Shown: positions 1-10,400, counted from the stretch's first letter. The stretch is 64,000 nucleotides of DNA from Thermoproteota archaeon (GCA_037917675.1 JAVCBW010000034.1:1-64000); one strand, 5' to 3'. A program made the numbers and translations. The notes: generated by a model not told the origin, from the letters alone.

Positions 1-2
1 AC

Positions 3-554
3 AGGCTTGTCAAGGACTACTCTACTGGGATGAAGGTTAAGCTGATGCTGGCTAGAACCCTGATACATAGCCCTCCTATCCTGCTGCTAGACGAGCCTAC
101 AGTAGGCTTAGACCCTCCTTCAGCTAGAGAAGCTAGGCTTCTCCTCAAGGACATAAACAGGGAGCTTGGCACGACCATACTGTTCACAAGCCATAACCTC
201 AATGAGGTTGAGGAGCTATGTGAGAGGGTAGCCATAATATATAGAGGGAGGATAATAGCTGAAGGCTCTCCAATAGAGATAGGCATGAGGATAAGGAGCA
301 GGATGGAGGTTGAGTTCGAGTATAGAGGGCCTGAGGAGGTCTTAGATGAGGTCAGGAGGCTAAGCTCAGTGAAGTCAGTGGCTGTAGTCTCACAGAGTGA
401 TGTCACTAAGGCTATCGCTGAGGTCTTGAGTGAAAATGAAGCCATGTATGAGATACCTAGAGCTGTCATCTCAGCTGGAGGAGAGCTGATCTCTGTCAGG
501 AGGCGTGTCCCCTCACTTGAAGAGGCTTTCATAGCTATGACTGAGGGAGGCTAG
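3..554 (+). CDS. ABC transporter ATP-binding protein (5'-truncated by window edge)
   Basis: YSTGMK signature, LLLDEPT Walker B, TSH switch; frame is open back to the window start. Confidence 0.9.
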   Translation, partial: RLVKDYSTGMKVKLMLARTLIHSPPILLLDEPTVGLDPPSAREARLLLKDINRELGTTILFTSHNLNEVEELCERVAIIYRGRIIAEGSPIEIGMRIRSRMEVEFEYRGPEEVLDEVRRLSSVKSVAVVSQSDVTKAIAEVLSENEAMYEIPRAVISAGGELISVRRRVPSLEEAFIAMTEGG

Positions 555-555
555 C

Positions 556-1431
556 TTGAGGAGAGCTGAGCTTGTGTCCCTGCTCGGAGAGACCTTCAGG
601 CCTGTCAGAGGAGGCCTGAGGCACATATGGGCTGTCTTCTGGGCTCAAATGAAGATATTCCTATCATACAAGCTCTGGGTGGCCTCAGACATAGTCAACA
701 CGATCATATCCATAACAATGTACTACTTCATGAGCTTCCAGATCCCTCCAGAGAGGTTCAGGAAGCTAGGCTATGGGGAAAGCTACCTAGCTTTCTCGCT
801 ATTAGGCATAGCGACAGCATACTACCTGTGGGCTTGTGTCAATAGGCTGAGCCATAGCCTACAGCATGAGATCAGAGAGGGGACCTTTGAGACAGTGGTG
901 AGCAGCCAGATATCCCTATGGAGCTATGTCATAGGGCAGTCTGCGAGAGGCTTCACAACAGGCCTCCTCTGGCTCTTTGGGAGCTTCGCTGCAGGCTACG
1001 CCCTAGGCGTGAGGTATGTGACTACACCAGCTACACTGGCTTCAGCAGCTCTGGTATTCGTAGTCATGGTGGTAGCCCTCTTCAGCCTAGGGGCTGCCTC
1101 AGCTGGAGTGATCCTCGTTTACAAGAAGGGTGATCCACTAACCTTCTTCTTCACTGTCTTCGCAGAGTTCTTCTCAGGGATCATGTTCCCTCTGAGGATG
1201 CTGAGAGAATACCCTGTCTTAGAGGCTATATCGCTAGCTATACCATATACCCATGGGATAGAAGCCTTGAGGAGGATACTCATCCTTGGAGAAACCCTAG
1301 CTAGCCCAGCTGTATGGAGGAGCACACTAATACTCCTATGCTTCTCCATACTATTCATACCTATCAGCATACTCTCCTTCAAGTGGGGGTATAATAAGGT
1401 CAGGCAGCTAGGTGAGACAGCAACCTACTAG
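556..1431 (+). CDS. ABC-2 type transporter permease
   Basis: Multiple TM segments, EIREGTFE motif, FSGIMFP and PYTHGIEALR motifs. Confidence 0.85.
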   Translation: MRRAELVSLLGETFRPVRGGLRHIWAVFWAQMKIFLSYKLWVASDIVNTIISITMYYFMSFQIPPERFRKLGYGESYLAFSLLGIATAYYLWACVNRLSHSLQHEIREGTFETVVSSQISLWSYVIGQSARGFTTGLLWLFGSFAAGYALGVRYVTTPATLASAALVFVVMVVALFSLGAASAGVILVYKKGDPLTFFFTVFAEFFSGIMFPLRMLREYPVLEAISLAIPYTHGIEALRRILILGETLASPAVWRSTLILLCFSILFIPISILSFKWGYNKVRQLGETATY

Positions 1432-2311
1432 GTGCCCTGAGTTGAGCAGGTCTACAGTGGTAGAGGCTCTATCCGAGCCATACAGGCCTAAGGTAGGGCT
1501 GATCCGGAAGATATGGGAGCTTGCGCTAGTCGAGCTCAAGACCTGGTGGACCTATAAGCTGTGGATCATGCTTGATGTAACTGGGACAGTACTCCATGTG
1601 GCAACATATGTGCTAGTTTCGAAGTTCACGTCGCCTAGAGCTGTAGCTGAAGCATATGGGAGGGGAGACTTCTTCACCTTCGCTATGCTTGGCTTAGCTT
1701 TCCAGATGTATGTCTTCGGGGCGATCCAGGGGATAGCTGAGGCCATAAGGGAGGAGCAGTGGAGGGGTACGATGGAGAGTGTGCTATCTACTTCAACAGG
1801 CTTCGTGACATTCCTAGCTGGGAAATCTCTAGCTACATTCATCTTAGCAACATACTTCCTAGCTGCAGCTCTAGCTACAGGCATAGCTCTAGGAGCTAAG
1901 CTAGAGGCCTCTATAAGCTCAGCTATAGCAGCTATAGTACTCTCACTGCTGCTGATAGTAAGCCACTCGACCATAGGCATACTCAGTGCAGGGGTTATAA
2001 TGAAGTTTAAGGAGGGCTCTCCTGTAGTATGGCTGTTCTCATGGCTAACCCAGCTCTTCTCAGGAGTTCTATACCCACTTGGGCTGCTGCCATCCTGGCT
2101 TAGAGTACTGAGCAAAGCCTTCCCACTAACATACTCACTAGATGCCTTGAGGCTCACACTCATGGCTGGTGAGCCACTGTCCTCGCCGAGAGTAGCTGAG
2201 AACATAAGGTCTCTGCTCGCTTTCACAGCGATAACAGCTCCTATATCAATAGAGGTGTTTAGGAGAGGGTATAACTCAAGCAGGAGAGACGGGTCTCTAG
2301 GCCAGTACTAG
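1412..2311 (+). CDS. ABC-2 type transporter permease (second subunit)
   Basis: EEQWRGTME, FSGVLYP and PLTYSLDALR motifs; paralogous to the upstream permease; start uncertain. Confidence 0.85.
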   Translation: MRQQPTRCPELSRSTVVEALSEPYRPKVGLIRKIWELALVELKTWWTYKLWIMLDVTGTVLHVATYVLVSKFTSPRAVAEAYGRGDFFTFAMLGLAFQMYVFGAIQGIAEAIREEQWRGTMESVLSTSTGFVTFLAGKSLATFILATYFLAAALATGIALGAKLEASISSAIAAIVLSLLLIVSHSTIGILSAGVIMKFKEGSPVVWLFSWLTQLFSGVLYPLGLLPSWLRVLSKAFPLTYSLDALRLTLMAGEPLSSPRVAENIRSLLAFTAITAPISIEVFRRGYNSSRRDGSLGQY

Positions 2312-2335
2312 CAGACACAGCTAGACAGGCTGAGG

Positions 2336-3217
2336 CTAGCCTCCCAGAGCCTCAACTGATATGCTGCCACTTGTTGTCTCAGCTTCAACCTTCACTCTGA
2401 TAGGCTTCTCGCTGAAGCCTCTGGTCTCACCAGCCTTCTCCCTCTCCCCATCTACTGTCAGCTTCATGTTAGGCACGTCGACTAGGAGCCTCCCACTCAT
2501 GGTCTTAAGCCTCACCTTGCAGCCTAAGTCATAGCCTTCTGCCAACTCCACGCTTATGTCTCCGCTTACAGCCTTAGCTTCAACCTGATCCAGCATAGCA
2601 CCATAGACCCTTATGTCTCCACTTGTGGTCTCAAGCTTCACGCTGCCTTCAGCAAGCTCCACCTCTATTTCTCCACTCACAGCTTCAGCTACAATGCCTG
2701 CTGCGACATCACCTACATAGATGCTGACATCTATGTGGTGTGGAGCCCACCAGAGGAGGCTGCGAGCTTCCTCCTCAACCTCTATGCTCAAGGCTCCATC
2801 AGATCTAGATGAGCTCATCCTTATCGAGCTGAGAAGGCTCTCGAGAGCTCTCTCAGAGTTTGATGCCAGACGTGTGCTGTCACATTCACTAGAGCCTCTC
2901 TTCTATCCCAGCTATAGACTCTGATGTCACAGGAGACTCCCTTGACATAGACTCTGAGCTCTGAGACCCCTCTAGGCTCTCTGAGAGAGCTCTTGTCTTG
3001 CTAGCCTGGTATGGGGCAGGCAGCCATACCCCATAGAGACAGAGGACAGAGAGATTATGGCTGCTGTAGCTACTGCTAGCGCGAAGACAGCTACAAGGCT
3101 TACAGCCTCCCTTGCTATAAGAGACTGCATCCTAGGCCTAACCATGCCTGCAGCAGCCATCAAGAGGCCAGCTGCAACCAGAGTTAGAGGCCTATGGTAT
3201 CCTGGAAGCTGCTCCAT
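2336..3217 (-). pseudogene. Frameshifted membrane-anchored DUF4097/adhesin-like beta-repeat protein
   Basis: C-terminal (T/V)SG(D/S)I repeats in ORF 2336-2818; a protein-like frame continues upstream (EPRGVSELRVYVKGVSCDIRVYSWDR) across frameshifts near 2865 and 2975 into the hydrophobic ORF 2972-3217. Confidence 0.6.
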
Positions 3218-3239
3218 GACACATACCTAAATGCTAAGG

Positions 3240-3690
3240 TCGCTAGCCCAGTTCACACTAGGAGCTTACCCAGCCATACTGCCGCCTTTCCCACGCTCCC
3301 CACCTATCAAGCCAGCTGCTATCAAGATGAGGCCTAGTATGATGAGTGCAATAGACCCTGGGATAGGACCTTAAGAAGGTACTCTCTCAGAAGCCAGTAG
3401 ACGCCAGCGGAAGCCAAGACTATCCCGATTAGCAGGCTGACGTTGTCTCCTCTCCTGCTCTCTGCTTCTATAGCTGCCTTACTGACAGCAGTGCAGGAGG
3501 CCTCCTTCCTCTAGCGTATACTGATGCAACCAGTAGAGTCACTACCATGGCGCTTACCCATGATGAATCCACGCTAGCACTATCACCAGCAGCGAGACCA
3601 CAGCATTACTCAGATGCCTCTCTATAGCTTGACCTAAGTCAGCTAGCAACTCTATTAACCCTAACTCCAGCACCCATAGAAGACTTCTAG
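3240..3690 (-). pseudogene. Decayed small membrane protein gene(s)
   Basis: Hydrophobic fragments (VSLLIGIVLASAGVYWLL, IALIILGLILIAAGLIG, AVVSLLVIVLAW) interrupted by stops and frameshifts. Confidence 0.4.
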
Positions 3691-3978
3691 GACTCAGCTT
3701 ACACAGGTATTTATAGCTATGTAAGCTTAGATTCCCTAGGCTCACCCCCTGGGCTCACCGGGAGCATATCATCCTCTTATCCAGTTTGCGGCAGCCTGCT
3801 CTATCCGCTGACATGGCAGAATTCGCCTTACTCAACCAGGTGGAGCCATGTTAGCATGATAAAGATCTAGAAGATGGAAGCCAGCTAGCCCTACAGCCCA
3901 AGCCTAGCCAGGATGCTGATCTCTAGCTTTTGCTGAAGCTTACAAGACAATGGCCTTAAGCATCTATACTTCAAGCCT

Positions 3979-5001
3979 CTACCAGACTTCCAGCCTAGCT
4001 ACCTGAGATGTAGCTTGGATTGCTGACTTAAGCCTTCTGGTAGCCTCCCTCACACGCCTAGGGTCGAAGTCTCTTTCCTCAACAAGGAAGCTGAAGAGCT
4101 TATCCTCATCTACCCCACTGAGCTCGATAGAGTAGCTGTCTGTCACAGGAGGGTTTAGGTAGAACTCTCTGACCTCCATCCAGTTCTCATCTAGCTTAAG
4201 CCCCTCAGCTTCAGCAGCCTTCTCTAAGCTCCCATATCTTGATATCAGCTTATAGGCCTTCTTAGGCCCAATACCATAGACCCCCTGGTTGTAGTCTGTT
4301 CCAGCTAGTATAGCTACCTCGATGAGCTGCTTCCTGCTGAGCTTCAGAGATCTGAGCACCGTGTCGAGCTCAACGAGCTCAGGGATAAGCCTATAGGACA
4401 CAGGCCTCTTCCTGAGGAACTTCCTGCCAGTTATGGTCAGGTTTCTGACAAGCCTAGGGGCACCAAACAGGATTGAGTCATAGTCCTGTGATGCAGCAGC
4501 CCAGACATCTCCGCTAGCAGCCATGTGAGCTGACTGAGCTTCTCCCTCTGATGGAGCTTGAACCCAGGGGATCCCCATGGTTGTCAAGAGGGCCTTAGCT
4601 TCATCAGCCATCTCTCTGCTAAGCCTAGAGGAGACAACTGCCTTAGCCCAAGCCTTCCTCAGGTCTCTCTCCTCAACTGCCTTAGCCCACTCAGCCATGG
4701 CCTTCTCACGTATAGCTCTCCTCTCCTCAAGCTCTCTAGCTTTGAGCCTTGGAGGAGGCCCATCGAAGACGTAGACCGGTATTACTCCAGCTTCAAGCAG
4801 CCTGATGGTCCTATAGAGGAGCCCACTCAGGTGGCTAGTGACTCTCCCTCTCCTATCTCTGAGAGGGGTCCCATACTCTGTCCTGATTATAGCTAGAAAC
4901 TGGTAGATTGCATTGTAGGCGTCTACTGCAACAGCTTTCCCAGCAAGCTTCCTCAGAGAAGTCTTCACTCTAGGGATAAGAGGAGCTATCTGAGCACCCA
5001 A
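3979..5001 (-). CDS. fen: Flap endonuclease 1
   Basis: AVDAYNAIYQFL, YVFDG, APSEGEAQ, SQDYDSILFG, GTDYN..GIGPKKA, C-terminal PIP-like QVARLEVW. Confidence 0.97.
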   Translation of the reverse strand: MGAQIAPLIPRVKTSLRKLAGKAVAVDAYNAIYQFLAIIRTEYGTPLRDRRGRVTSHLSGLLYRTIRLLEAGVIPVYVFDGPPPRLKARELEERRAIREKAMAEWAKAVEERDLRKAWAKAVVSSRLSREMADEAKALLTTMGIPWVQAPSEGEAQSAHMAASGDVWAAASQDYDSILFGAPRLVRNLTITGRKFLRKRPVSYRLIPELVELDTVLRSLKLSRKQLIEVAILAGTDYNQGVYGIGPKKAYKLISRYGSLEKAAEAEGLKLDENWMEVREFYLNPPVTDSYSIELSGVDEDKLFSFLVEERDFDPRRVREATRRLKSAIQATSQVARLEVW

Positions 5002-5791
5002 CTAGATCACCTAGCTTACCTAGATACCTCACATCAACCTTCTCATCAGCCCACCTCAAGCTGACTCCAGCCTCCCTCATCCTCCTGAGAGCATTTGGGT
5101 AGGGGTCTATGCTCTCATCTTCCAGGTCTAATACGACGCCATAGCCTAGCTCTCCAAGCCTCCTAAAAATCTCTCTCCTATCCATGCCCCAGGTGACACG
5201 TGGATCAAGGACTGCAGCAGGGTAAGCTCTCACACCAAGGCTGAGCAGCCTCTCAACGGCCTTAAAGGGGAGGTCGAAGGCCCAGCCTGCTGCCCCAGTC
5301 TTCCAGCTGAAGCCATCTGGTGTACCTGCCTTGATAGAGACTCTCACAACAAGCTTCCTGAAGCATGTCAGCTCCTCAGCTAGCTCAGGCCTGAACCCAA
5401 GGAGGATCCCATTCGTCTCAAGGATGAACAGGCTAATCTCCCTGCTCTCATCAGCTAGCTCAAGGAGCCTGATTAAGTGCCTCCAGCATAATGTAGGCTC
5501 TCCACCTGATAGCCTAGCTCTCCTGACTCCAGAGCTGGCGGCAAGCCTCTCCATAACACGGAAGGCGCTCTCAGGAGAGTGGTATCCACCATACCTCTCA
5601 GGCTCATCTCTACATAAGCTGCTCCAGCAGAAGAAGCACCTCAAGTTGCAGCCACACACATATCCAGTTGAGATCCCCTGATAGACCCCAACCACATGGA
5701 AGCCAGTATACTTCCTCTCAACGACTCCTCCTCTAGCCCTACAGACAGCCTTTTCAGCAGCCTTACTGAGCTCAATGGGGTCAAACACCAA
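4970..5791 (-). CDS. Radical SAM protein (archaeal uncharacterised family)
   Basis: GCNLRCFFCW motif, LSGGEPT, FILETNG; start moved to the TTG following an AGGTGG RBS. Confidence 0.85.
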   Translation of the reverse strand: MVFDPIELSKAAEKAVCRARGGVVERKYTGFHVVGVYQGISTGYVCGCNLRCFFCWSSLCRDEPERYGGYHSPESAFRVMERLAASSGVRRARLSGGEPTLCWRHLIRLLELADESREISLFILETNGILLGFRPELAEELTCFRKLVVRVSIKAGTPDGFSWKTGAAGWAFDLPFKAVERLLSLGVRAYPAAVLDPRVTWGMDRREIFRRLGELGYGVVLDLEDESIDPYPNALRRMREAGVSLRWADEKVDVRYLGKLGDLVGCSDSSSYP

Positions 5792-5990
5792 TAGAAGCCA
5801 CCTGAGGTGTAAGGGCACCACAGCTATAAACACCGTTCCGACTCTCTGCTACATCTATAACTTTTGAAACGTAGCGAAGAGCCTTCCCTCCTCCGCTAGC
5901 TTCCTAGCTCACTGCTCTCAGCAGGCTAGTGTAAGCTTAATAAGCCTTCAGAGCACCTTAACCTCTACCTTAAGGGTAGCTGGTGGTCTA

Positions 5991-6449
5991 TTGGAGCTGA
6001 GGGAGCTGCTCGACCTAATTGGAGCTGGAAGCGAGCGTGATGTGAGAGTCTACCTGGCTGGCAGAGTGCTTCTGCTAGCTAAATCTGAGGAGGAGCTTAG
6101 AGACACGCTGAGGGCATTCACTCTGCCACCTTGGGTTCCAGCTGAGAGCCTCAGTAAAGCAAGGCTTTCTCCAGCTGTCTCCTTTAAGGCTGAAGGCAGC
6201 GTGGAGACAGCTATAGTATCTGACCTGAGGAGCATGGATGAGTCTCTTAAGCTTGCGAGCAAGATTGTGTCGAGGCTCCTAGATGAAATGCCTCTTGGTG
6301 TCGAGAGAGTGGATGTTATAGCCTCATTTTCAGCTAGCGAAGATGGAGGTGTAGCCTCATCTTATGCTGTGGTTGTGAGGTTTGCTAGCAGGCTGAGGGA
6401 GAAGGTCTCAGAGGTGCTCTCTGAGCTAGTAGGGCCTTACGATAGCTAG
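5991..6449 (+). CDS. Hypothetical protein
   Basis: 152-aa ORF with host codon usage, GGTGGT RBS and a TTAATA box upstream. Confidence 0.65.
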   Translation: MELRELLDLIGAGSERDVRVYLAGRVLLLAKSEEELRDTLRAFTLPPWVPAESLSKARLSPAVSFKAEGSVETAIVSDLRSMDESLKLASKIVSRLLDEMPLGVERVDVIASFSASEDGGVASSYAVVVRFASRLREKVSEVLSELVGPYDS

Positions 6450-7427
6450 CCCATGCTTGCTCCATATGACTCTAGCTCTCACTCTAGCTCCAAGTGGAAT
6501 CTCCTCTGCATCGACTACAGTGACTGCCCTACCCCTATAGACCCCTATCTTCTCTCCCTTAAGCCAGCCTGGAGCTTCAAGCTCAACTTCTATCTTGGAG
6601 CCGACCTTGAGGTCTTTTATGACCTGTGGGTGAGGGTGTATGTTGAAGTCTTCTCTCCTCAAGACCAGCTTTACACCATATTCTCTCTCCCACTCTCTGA
6701 GCTTGCTATAGAATGCTCGCCAGCTCATAGGCTTTACTCCCTTAGGCTTCCTGCCACGTGGATGCTCAAGGTACTTCTGGACTCCGAGTGGAGGCCACCT
6801 CTTGCCTGCACCAGCCTCGAGTGCAAACTCTATTATCCTAGGGATCTCTCTGTCATTCAGCTTTGGAACCCAGACTGGAGCTATCAGCAGATCTATGCCG
6901 CTGTCAGCTATGGCCTCAGCCATCTCCTTGACTCTCTCTACACTATAGCCTGGTGTCCCTGATATCTCTCTCGCTAGCTCAGGGTCGAGGGCATCTATCG
7001 AGAGGTTCACTCTCGATAGCCCAGCTTCCTCAAGGTCTTCTATGAGCCTATCAGTCAGTAGGTGCCCATGTGTCTGGATCGATACAACCTTAACCCCCCT
7101 CATTGAAGATGCCTCCTCTACTAGCTCTGGAAGCCAAGGGTAGGTGAGTGGGTCACCTACTGTGTCAATGTGCACCTCAATCTGCCTACATCCCTTAGAT
7201 TTAACAGCCCACTTAAGCCACTCGAGCATCAGGTCTAGCCTCACAACAACCTCTGTAAGCCTGCTCCTGCTCTTGGGGCCAGCGTCAGTAGAGCAGAAGA
7301 CACAGGAGAGCGGGCAGATGGTCGTAGGCCTAACCTGTAGCACATTTGTCCCTCTGTCTATCAGGCCATAGTGTATGCAGCCTACCAGTGGGAGATCAAG
7401 GTCTCTCCCGACAACTATAGTCTTCAA
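6426..7427 (-). CDS. Radical SAM protein with C-terminal TRAM-like domain
   Basis: GLIDRGTNVLQVRP, CPLSCVFC, C-terminal beta-rich segment. Confidence 0.88.
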   Translation of the reverse strand: MKTIVVGRDLDLPLVGCIHYGLIDRGTNVLQVRPTTICPLSCVFCSTDAGPKSRSRLTEVVVRLDLMLEWLKWAVKSKGCRQIEVHIDTVGDPLTYPWLPELVEEASSMRGVKVVSIQTHGHLLTDRLIEDLEEAGLSRVNLSIDALDPELAREISGTPGYSVERVKEMAEAIADSGIDLLIAPVWVPKLNDREIPRIIEFALEAGAGKRWPPLGVQKYLEHPRGRKPKGVKPMSWRAFYSKLREWEREYGVKLVLRREDFNIHPHPQVIKDLKVGSKIEVELEAPGWLKGEKIGVYRGRAVTVVDAEEIPLGARVRARVIWSKHGLAIVRPY

Positions 7428-7498
7428 CCAGACACCATATAGCAGTGCTCTAAAGAGATTTAGCTGTTGGCTTCCTAGCCCACCTATCAGCTAAGGCT

Positions 7499-7630
7499 CT
7501 AGTGTAGTGTGGAGCAACTCTTACCTGCTCAGTAGCTGCCTCATAAGCTAGGGCAGTAGTAGTCTCAGGTCCTTGCGGTAGCATATGTAGTATAGTGCTA
7601 AGCCTGCTGTAGCTAGTGTAGTGTGGAGCA
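7499..7630. repeat. Two exact 18-bp direct repeats CTAGTGTAGTGTGGAGCA in a divergent intergenic region
   Basis: Copies at 7499-7516 and 7613-7630. Confidence 0.85.
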
Positions 7631-7682
7631 TCCCCATACGTTGAGAATTAAAGCAGGTAGCCTTAGCTCATGAGGTGCCTAC

Positions 7683-9122
7683 ATGGTGGTGAAGGCTCCT
7701 GAAGAATACCTTGAGAGCGTCAGGAGGCTCAAGCCTAGGGTTTATGTCGCAGGGGAGCTTGTATCAGACTTGGTGGCTCACCCTAACACTAGGGCTGTAG
7801 TCAACGCGATAGCAAAGACATACGAGCTTGCCTCCTCTAGAGAGTACAGGAGGGTAATGACGACAGTCTCACCAATCTCAGGAGAGAGGGTGAATAGGCT
7901 GAACCACGTGTGCATCAGCCCTCTAGACTTGGAGATGAGAGCTAAGCTAGCTGAGCTCACAAGCAGGAAGACAGGGACATGCAACTACAGGTGTGTAGGC
8001 TGCGACGCGATGAATGCTCTAGCTCACGTGACGAAGCTCATAGATGCAGATAAGGGGACAAGCTACAGCAGGAGGCTCATGGAGTTCATCAGGCTCCTAC
8101 AGGGAGAGGACCTAGCCTGCAGTGGGGCTCTGACAGACCCTAAGGGAGACAGGAGGAAGAGGCCAGCTGAGCAGGAGGATCCAGACATGCATCTGAGGGT
8201 TGTCGAAGAGAGGAGCGACGGCATAGTCGTGAGGGGAGCTAAGATGCACCAGAGTGGAGCTGTAGCAGCTCACTGGACGATAGTGATGCCAGGCCTGACC
8301 CTCAGGAGTGGGGAGGAGAAGTATGCCATAGCTTTCGCGGTCCCAAATGGAGAGAGAGGGCTGACCTACATATTCCAGAGCACGTCAGTAGATGCTGAGA
8401 GGAGGGAAGCTAAGAGTGAAGCTGAGCTTGGGCTACCACACTATGGGGTGAGAGAGACATGCATGATAGTTTTCGACGACGTCTTCATACCATGGGAGAG
8501 AGTTTTCCTCTATGGTGAAGTAGAGTATACAGGGCAGCTCATAAGAGCGTTTACAAGGATGCATAGGATGTCAGCTGCAGCATGCAAGGTAGGCTTCGGA
8601 GACCTGATAATAGGGGCTGCGAGCCTAGCTGCAAAGTATAATGGTGTTGAGAGAGCCCCTCACATAGTACACCAGATAACTGAGATGGTGAGGCTTAACG
8701 AGACCGTCAGAGCCTGCTCTCTGGCAGCAGCTAAGCTCGGAGAGAAGCTGGAGACTGGAGTATGCCTGCCACACGAGATGTTTGCGAACATAGCTAAGCT
8801 GAATAGCGCCCTATACTACTTTGAGATGGTGAAGGCTGCAACAGACATAGCTGGAGGCCTCCTTGTGACAGCTCCATCCTGGAGAGACCTCCAGAGCCCT
8901 GAGGTAGGCGAGTATGTCAGAAAGTACCTGAGGACACCATATGCGACAGCTGAGGACCGATGGAGGATATTCAAGTTCCTACAGCACTGGGCTGCTGGCC
9001 CACATGCAGCTGAGACATGGCATGGAGGAGGCTCACCTGCAGCACAGAGGATGCTAATATACCAGACAGCACTCCTAGAGGAGAAGGAGAGGGAGGTGCT
9101 TGAGCTAGCTAAGCCTAGGTGA
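7683..9122 (+). CDS. abfD: 4-hydroxybutyryl-CoA dehydratase (AbfD/HpaB family)
   Basis: TGTCNYRCVGCD (CxxxC), TDPKGDR, GAKMHQSG, H-x6-C in MHRMSAAACK, WHGGGSP. Confidence 0.85.
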   Translation: MVVKAPEEYLESVRRLKPRVYVAGELVSDLVAHPNTRAVVNAIAKTYELASSREYRRVMTTVSPISGERVNRLNHVCISPLDLEMRAKLAELTSRKTGTCNYRCVGCDAMNALAHVTKLIDADKGTSYSRRLMEFIRLLQGEDLACSGALTDPKGDRRKRPAEQEDPDMHLRVVEERSDGIVVRGAKMHQSGAVAAHWTIVMPGLTLRSGEEKYAIAFAVPNGERGLTYIFQSTSVDAERREAKSEAELGLPHYGVRETCMIVFDDVFIPWERVFLYGEVEYTGQLIRAFTRMHRMSAAACKVGFGDLIIGAASLAAKYNGVERAPHIVHQITEMVRLNETVRACSLAAAKLGEKLETGVCLPHEMFANIAKLNSALYYFEMVKAATDIAGGLLVTAPSWRDLQSPEVGEYVRKYLRTPYATAEDRWRIFKFLQHWAAGPHAAETWHGGGSPAAQRMLIYQTALLEEKEREVLELAKPR

Positions 9123-9126
9123 CAGC

Positions 9127-9534
9127 ATGGAGTATAGGGCTAAGCTGACCTGGGACGGTGAGACAGGCTGCATAGCTGAGCTCACTAGGCAGCAGATCAA
9201 GGTGGATACACCTAGAGAGTTCGGAGGTAGAGCTCAGGGCCCTCCTCCAGAGGAGCTCCTTGCAGCCTCAGCTGGAGCATGCTACATAACAACCCTGCTA
9301 TACTTCGCTAGGAAGATGGGCTTAAAGCTCAGCTCCCTCGCTGCTGAAGCCACATGCACCCTAGAGAGAGGGGAGAGGGGGCTGTCTGTGTCGAAGGTGA
9401 AGCTGCAGGTTGAAGCCTCCTCAGAGGACCTAGAGAAGCTTGAGGAGTGCCTGAAGCTGACTAGGGAGTACTGCCCGATAACCAGGATGGTTGAGAAGGC
9501 AGCTGAAGTCAGCATAGAGGTGAGCTTGAGGTGA
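9127..9534 (+). CDS. OsmC family protein
   Basis: PEELLAASAGAC and YCPI conserved cysteines. Confidence 0.9.
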   Translation: MEYRAKLTWDGETGCIAELTRQQIKVDTPREFGGRAQGPPPEELLAASAGACYITTLLYFARKMGLKLSSLAAEATCTLERGERGLSVSKVKLQVEASSEDLEKLEECLKLTREYCPITRMVEKAAEVSIEVSLR

Positions 9535-10400
9535 TTGGGGAGCTAGCAGCTCTAGCTACAGCCTTCTGCTGGACGTATAGTGCTGTAGCCTATAAGCTGG
9601 TGGTCATGAGAGCAGATCCGCTGGCAGCTAACATAGCTAGGCTGCTTTCGACAGCTCTCATGCTAGCTGTAGCCCTACCTCTAGCAGGCCTCCTAGACAT
9701 CGTGGTGTCTACTCCAGCTAGGCTCCTAGCCTTAGCTGCTGCAAGCGGTGTGATAGGGCAAGTCATAGGAGACACCCTATACATGCTGACCTTGAAGCTA
9801 ACTGATGTCTCAGTATCTGTAGCCTTGACATCAACCTACCCCCTATTTTCTATGGCTGCCTCTGTAGCTCTAGGTGAGCCTGTAGCAGTGAGGAGCATAG
9901 TGGGCTCACTAGCAATACTCCTCGGGATCCCACTGGTCACTGGAGTAAGGAAGTCTAGTAGAGTCAGCATGCTAGGAGCTACTATGGCCATCGTGACGGC
10001 AGCTGTATGGAGCATCAGCATCCTGCTCCTAGACCTAGCGATCCCTGACTCAGCTAGCTCTCTTGTGAAGAGCTCTATCGCGATAAACACCGTGAGGGTT
10101 GTGGTGGCAGCTATAGCTGCTGCTCCAGCCATAGCTGTGAGGCATAGGGCTATAGCTTCCTTCTCAGCTGGAGACTGGCTGATCATCTCCTCAGCTGGAT
10201 TTATTGCGATAGGCTTAGGCTGGGTTCTCCTCAGCTTTGGGATGGCTGAGTCTGGAGTCTCCACTGCCGTACCGCTGTCATCGACTACACCCCTGTTCTC
10301 AGCTCTAGCTGGGAGAGCTTTCTTCAGGGAGGAGCTTACACCATACCTCATGGCTGGAGCAGCTCTGATAGTAGCTGGCTCATGTCTGATCTTAGTCTAG
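9531..10400 (+). CDS. EamA/DMT family transporter
   Basis: About 10 TM helices in two repeats, TYPLFS and TTPLFS. Confidence 0.88.
   Translation: MIGELAALATAFCWTYSAVAYKLVVMRADPLAANIARLLSTALMLAVALPLAGLLDIVVSTPARLLALAAASGVIGQVIGDTLYMLTLKLTDVSVSVALTSTYPLFSMAASVALGEPVAVRSIVGSLAILLGIPLVTGVRKSSRVSMLGATMAIVTAAVWSISILLLDLAIPDSASSLVKSSIAINTVRVVVAAIAAAPAIAVRHRAIASFSAGDWLIISSAGFIAIGLGWVLLSFGMAESGVSTAVPLSSTTPLFSALAGRAFFREELTPYLMAGAALIVAGSCLILV

Noticed and set aside
3807-3855. SECIS-like hairpin, and the idea that the EF paralog is SelB
   Set aside because: The GAA bulge is not followed by three G-C pairs. No in-frame TGA is seen in hdrA or mvhD. The GTPase resembles EF-1alpha and lacks a SelB C-terminal extension.
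7499-7630. Possible mini-CRISPR from the 18-bp repeats
   Set aside because: Only two copies, too short, 96-bp gap, no cas genes in the window.
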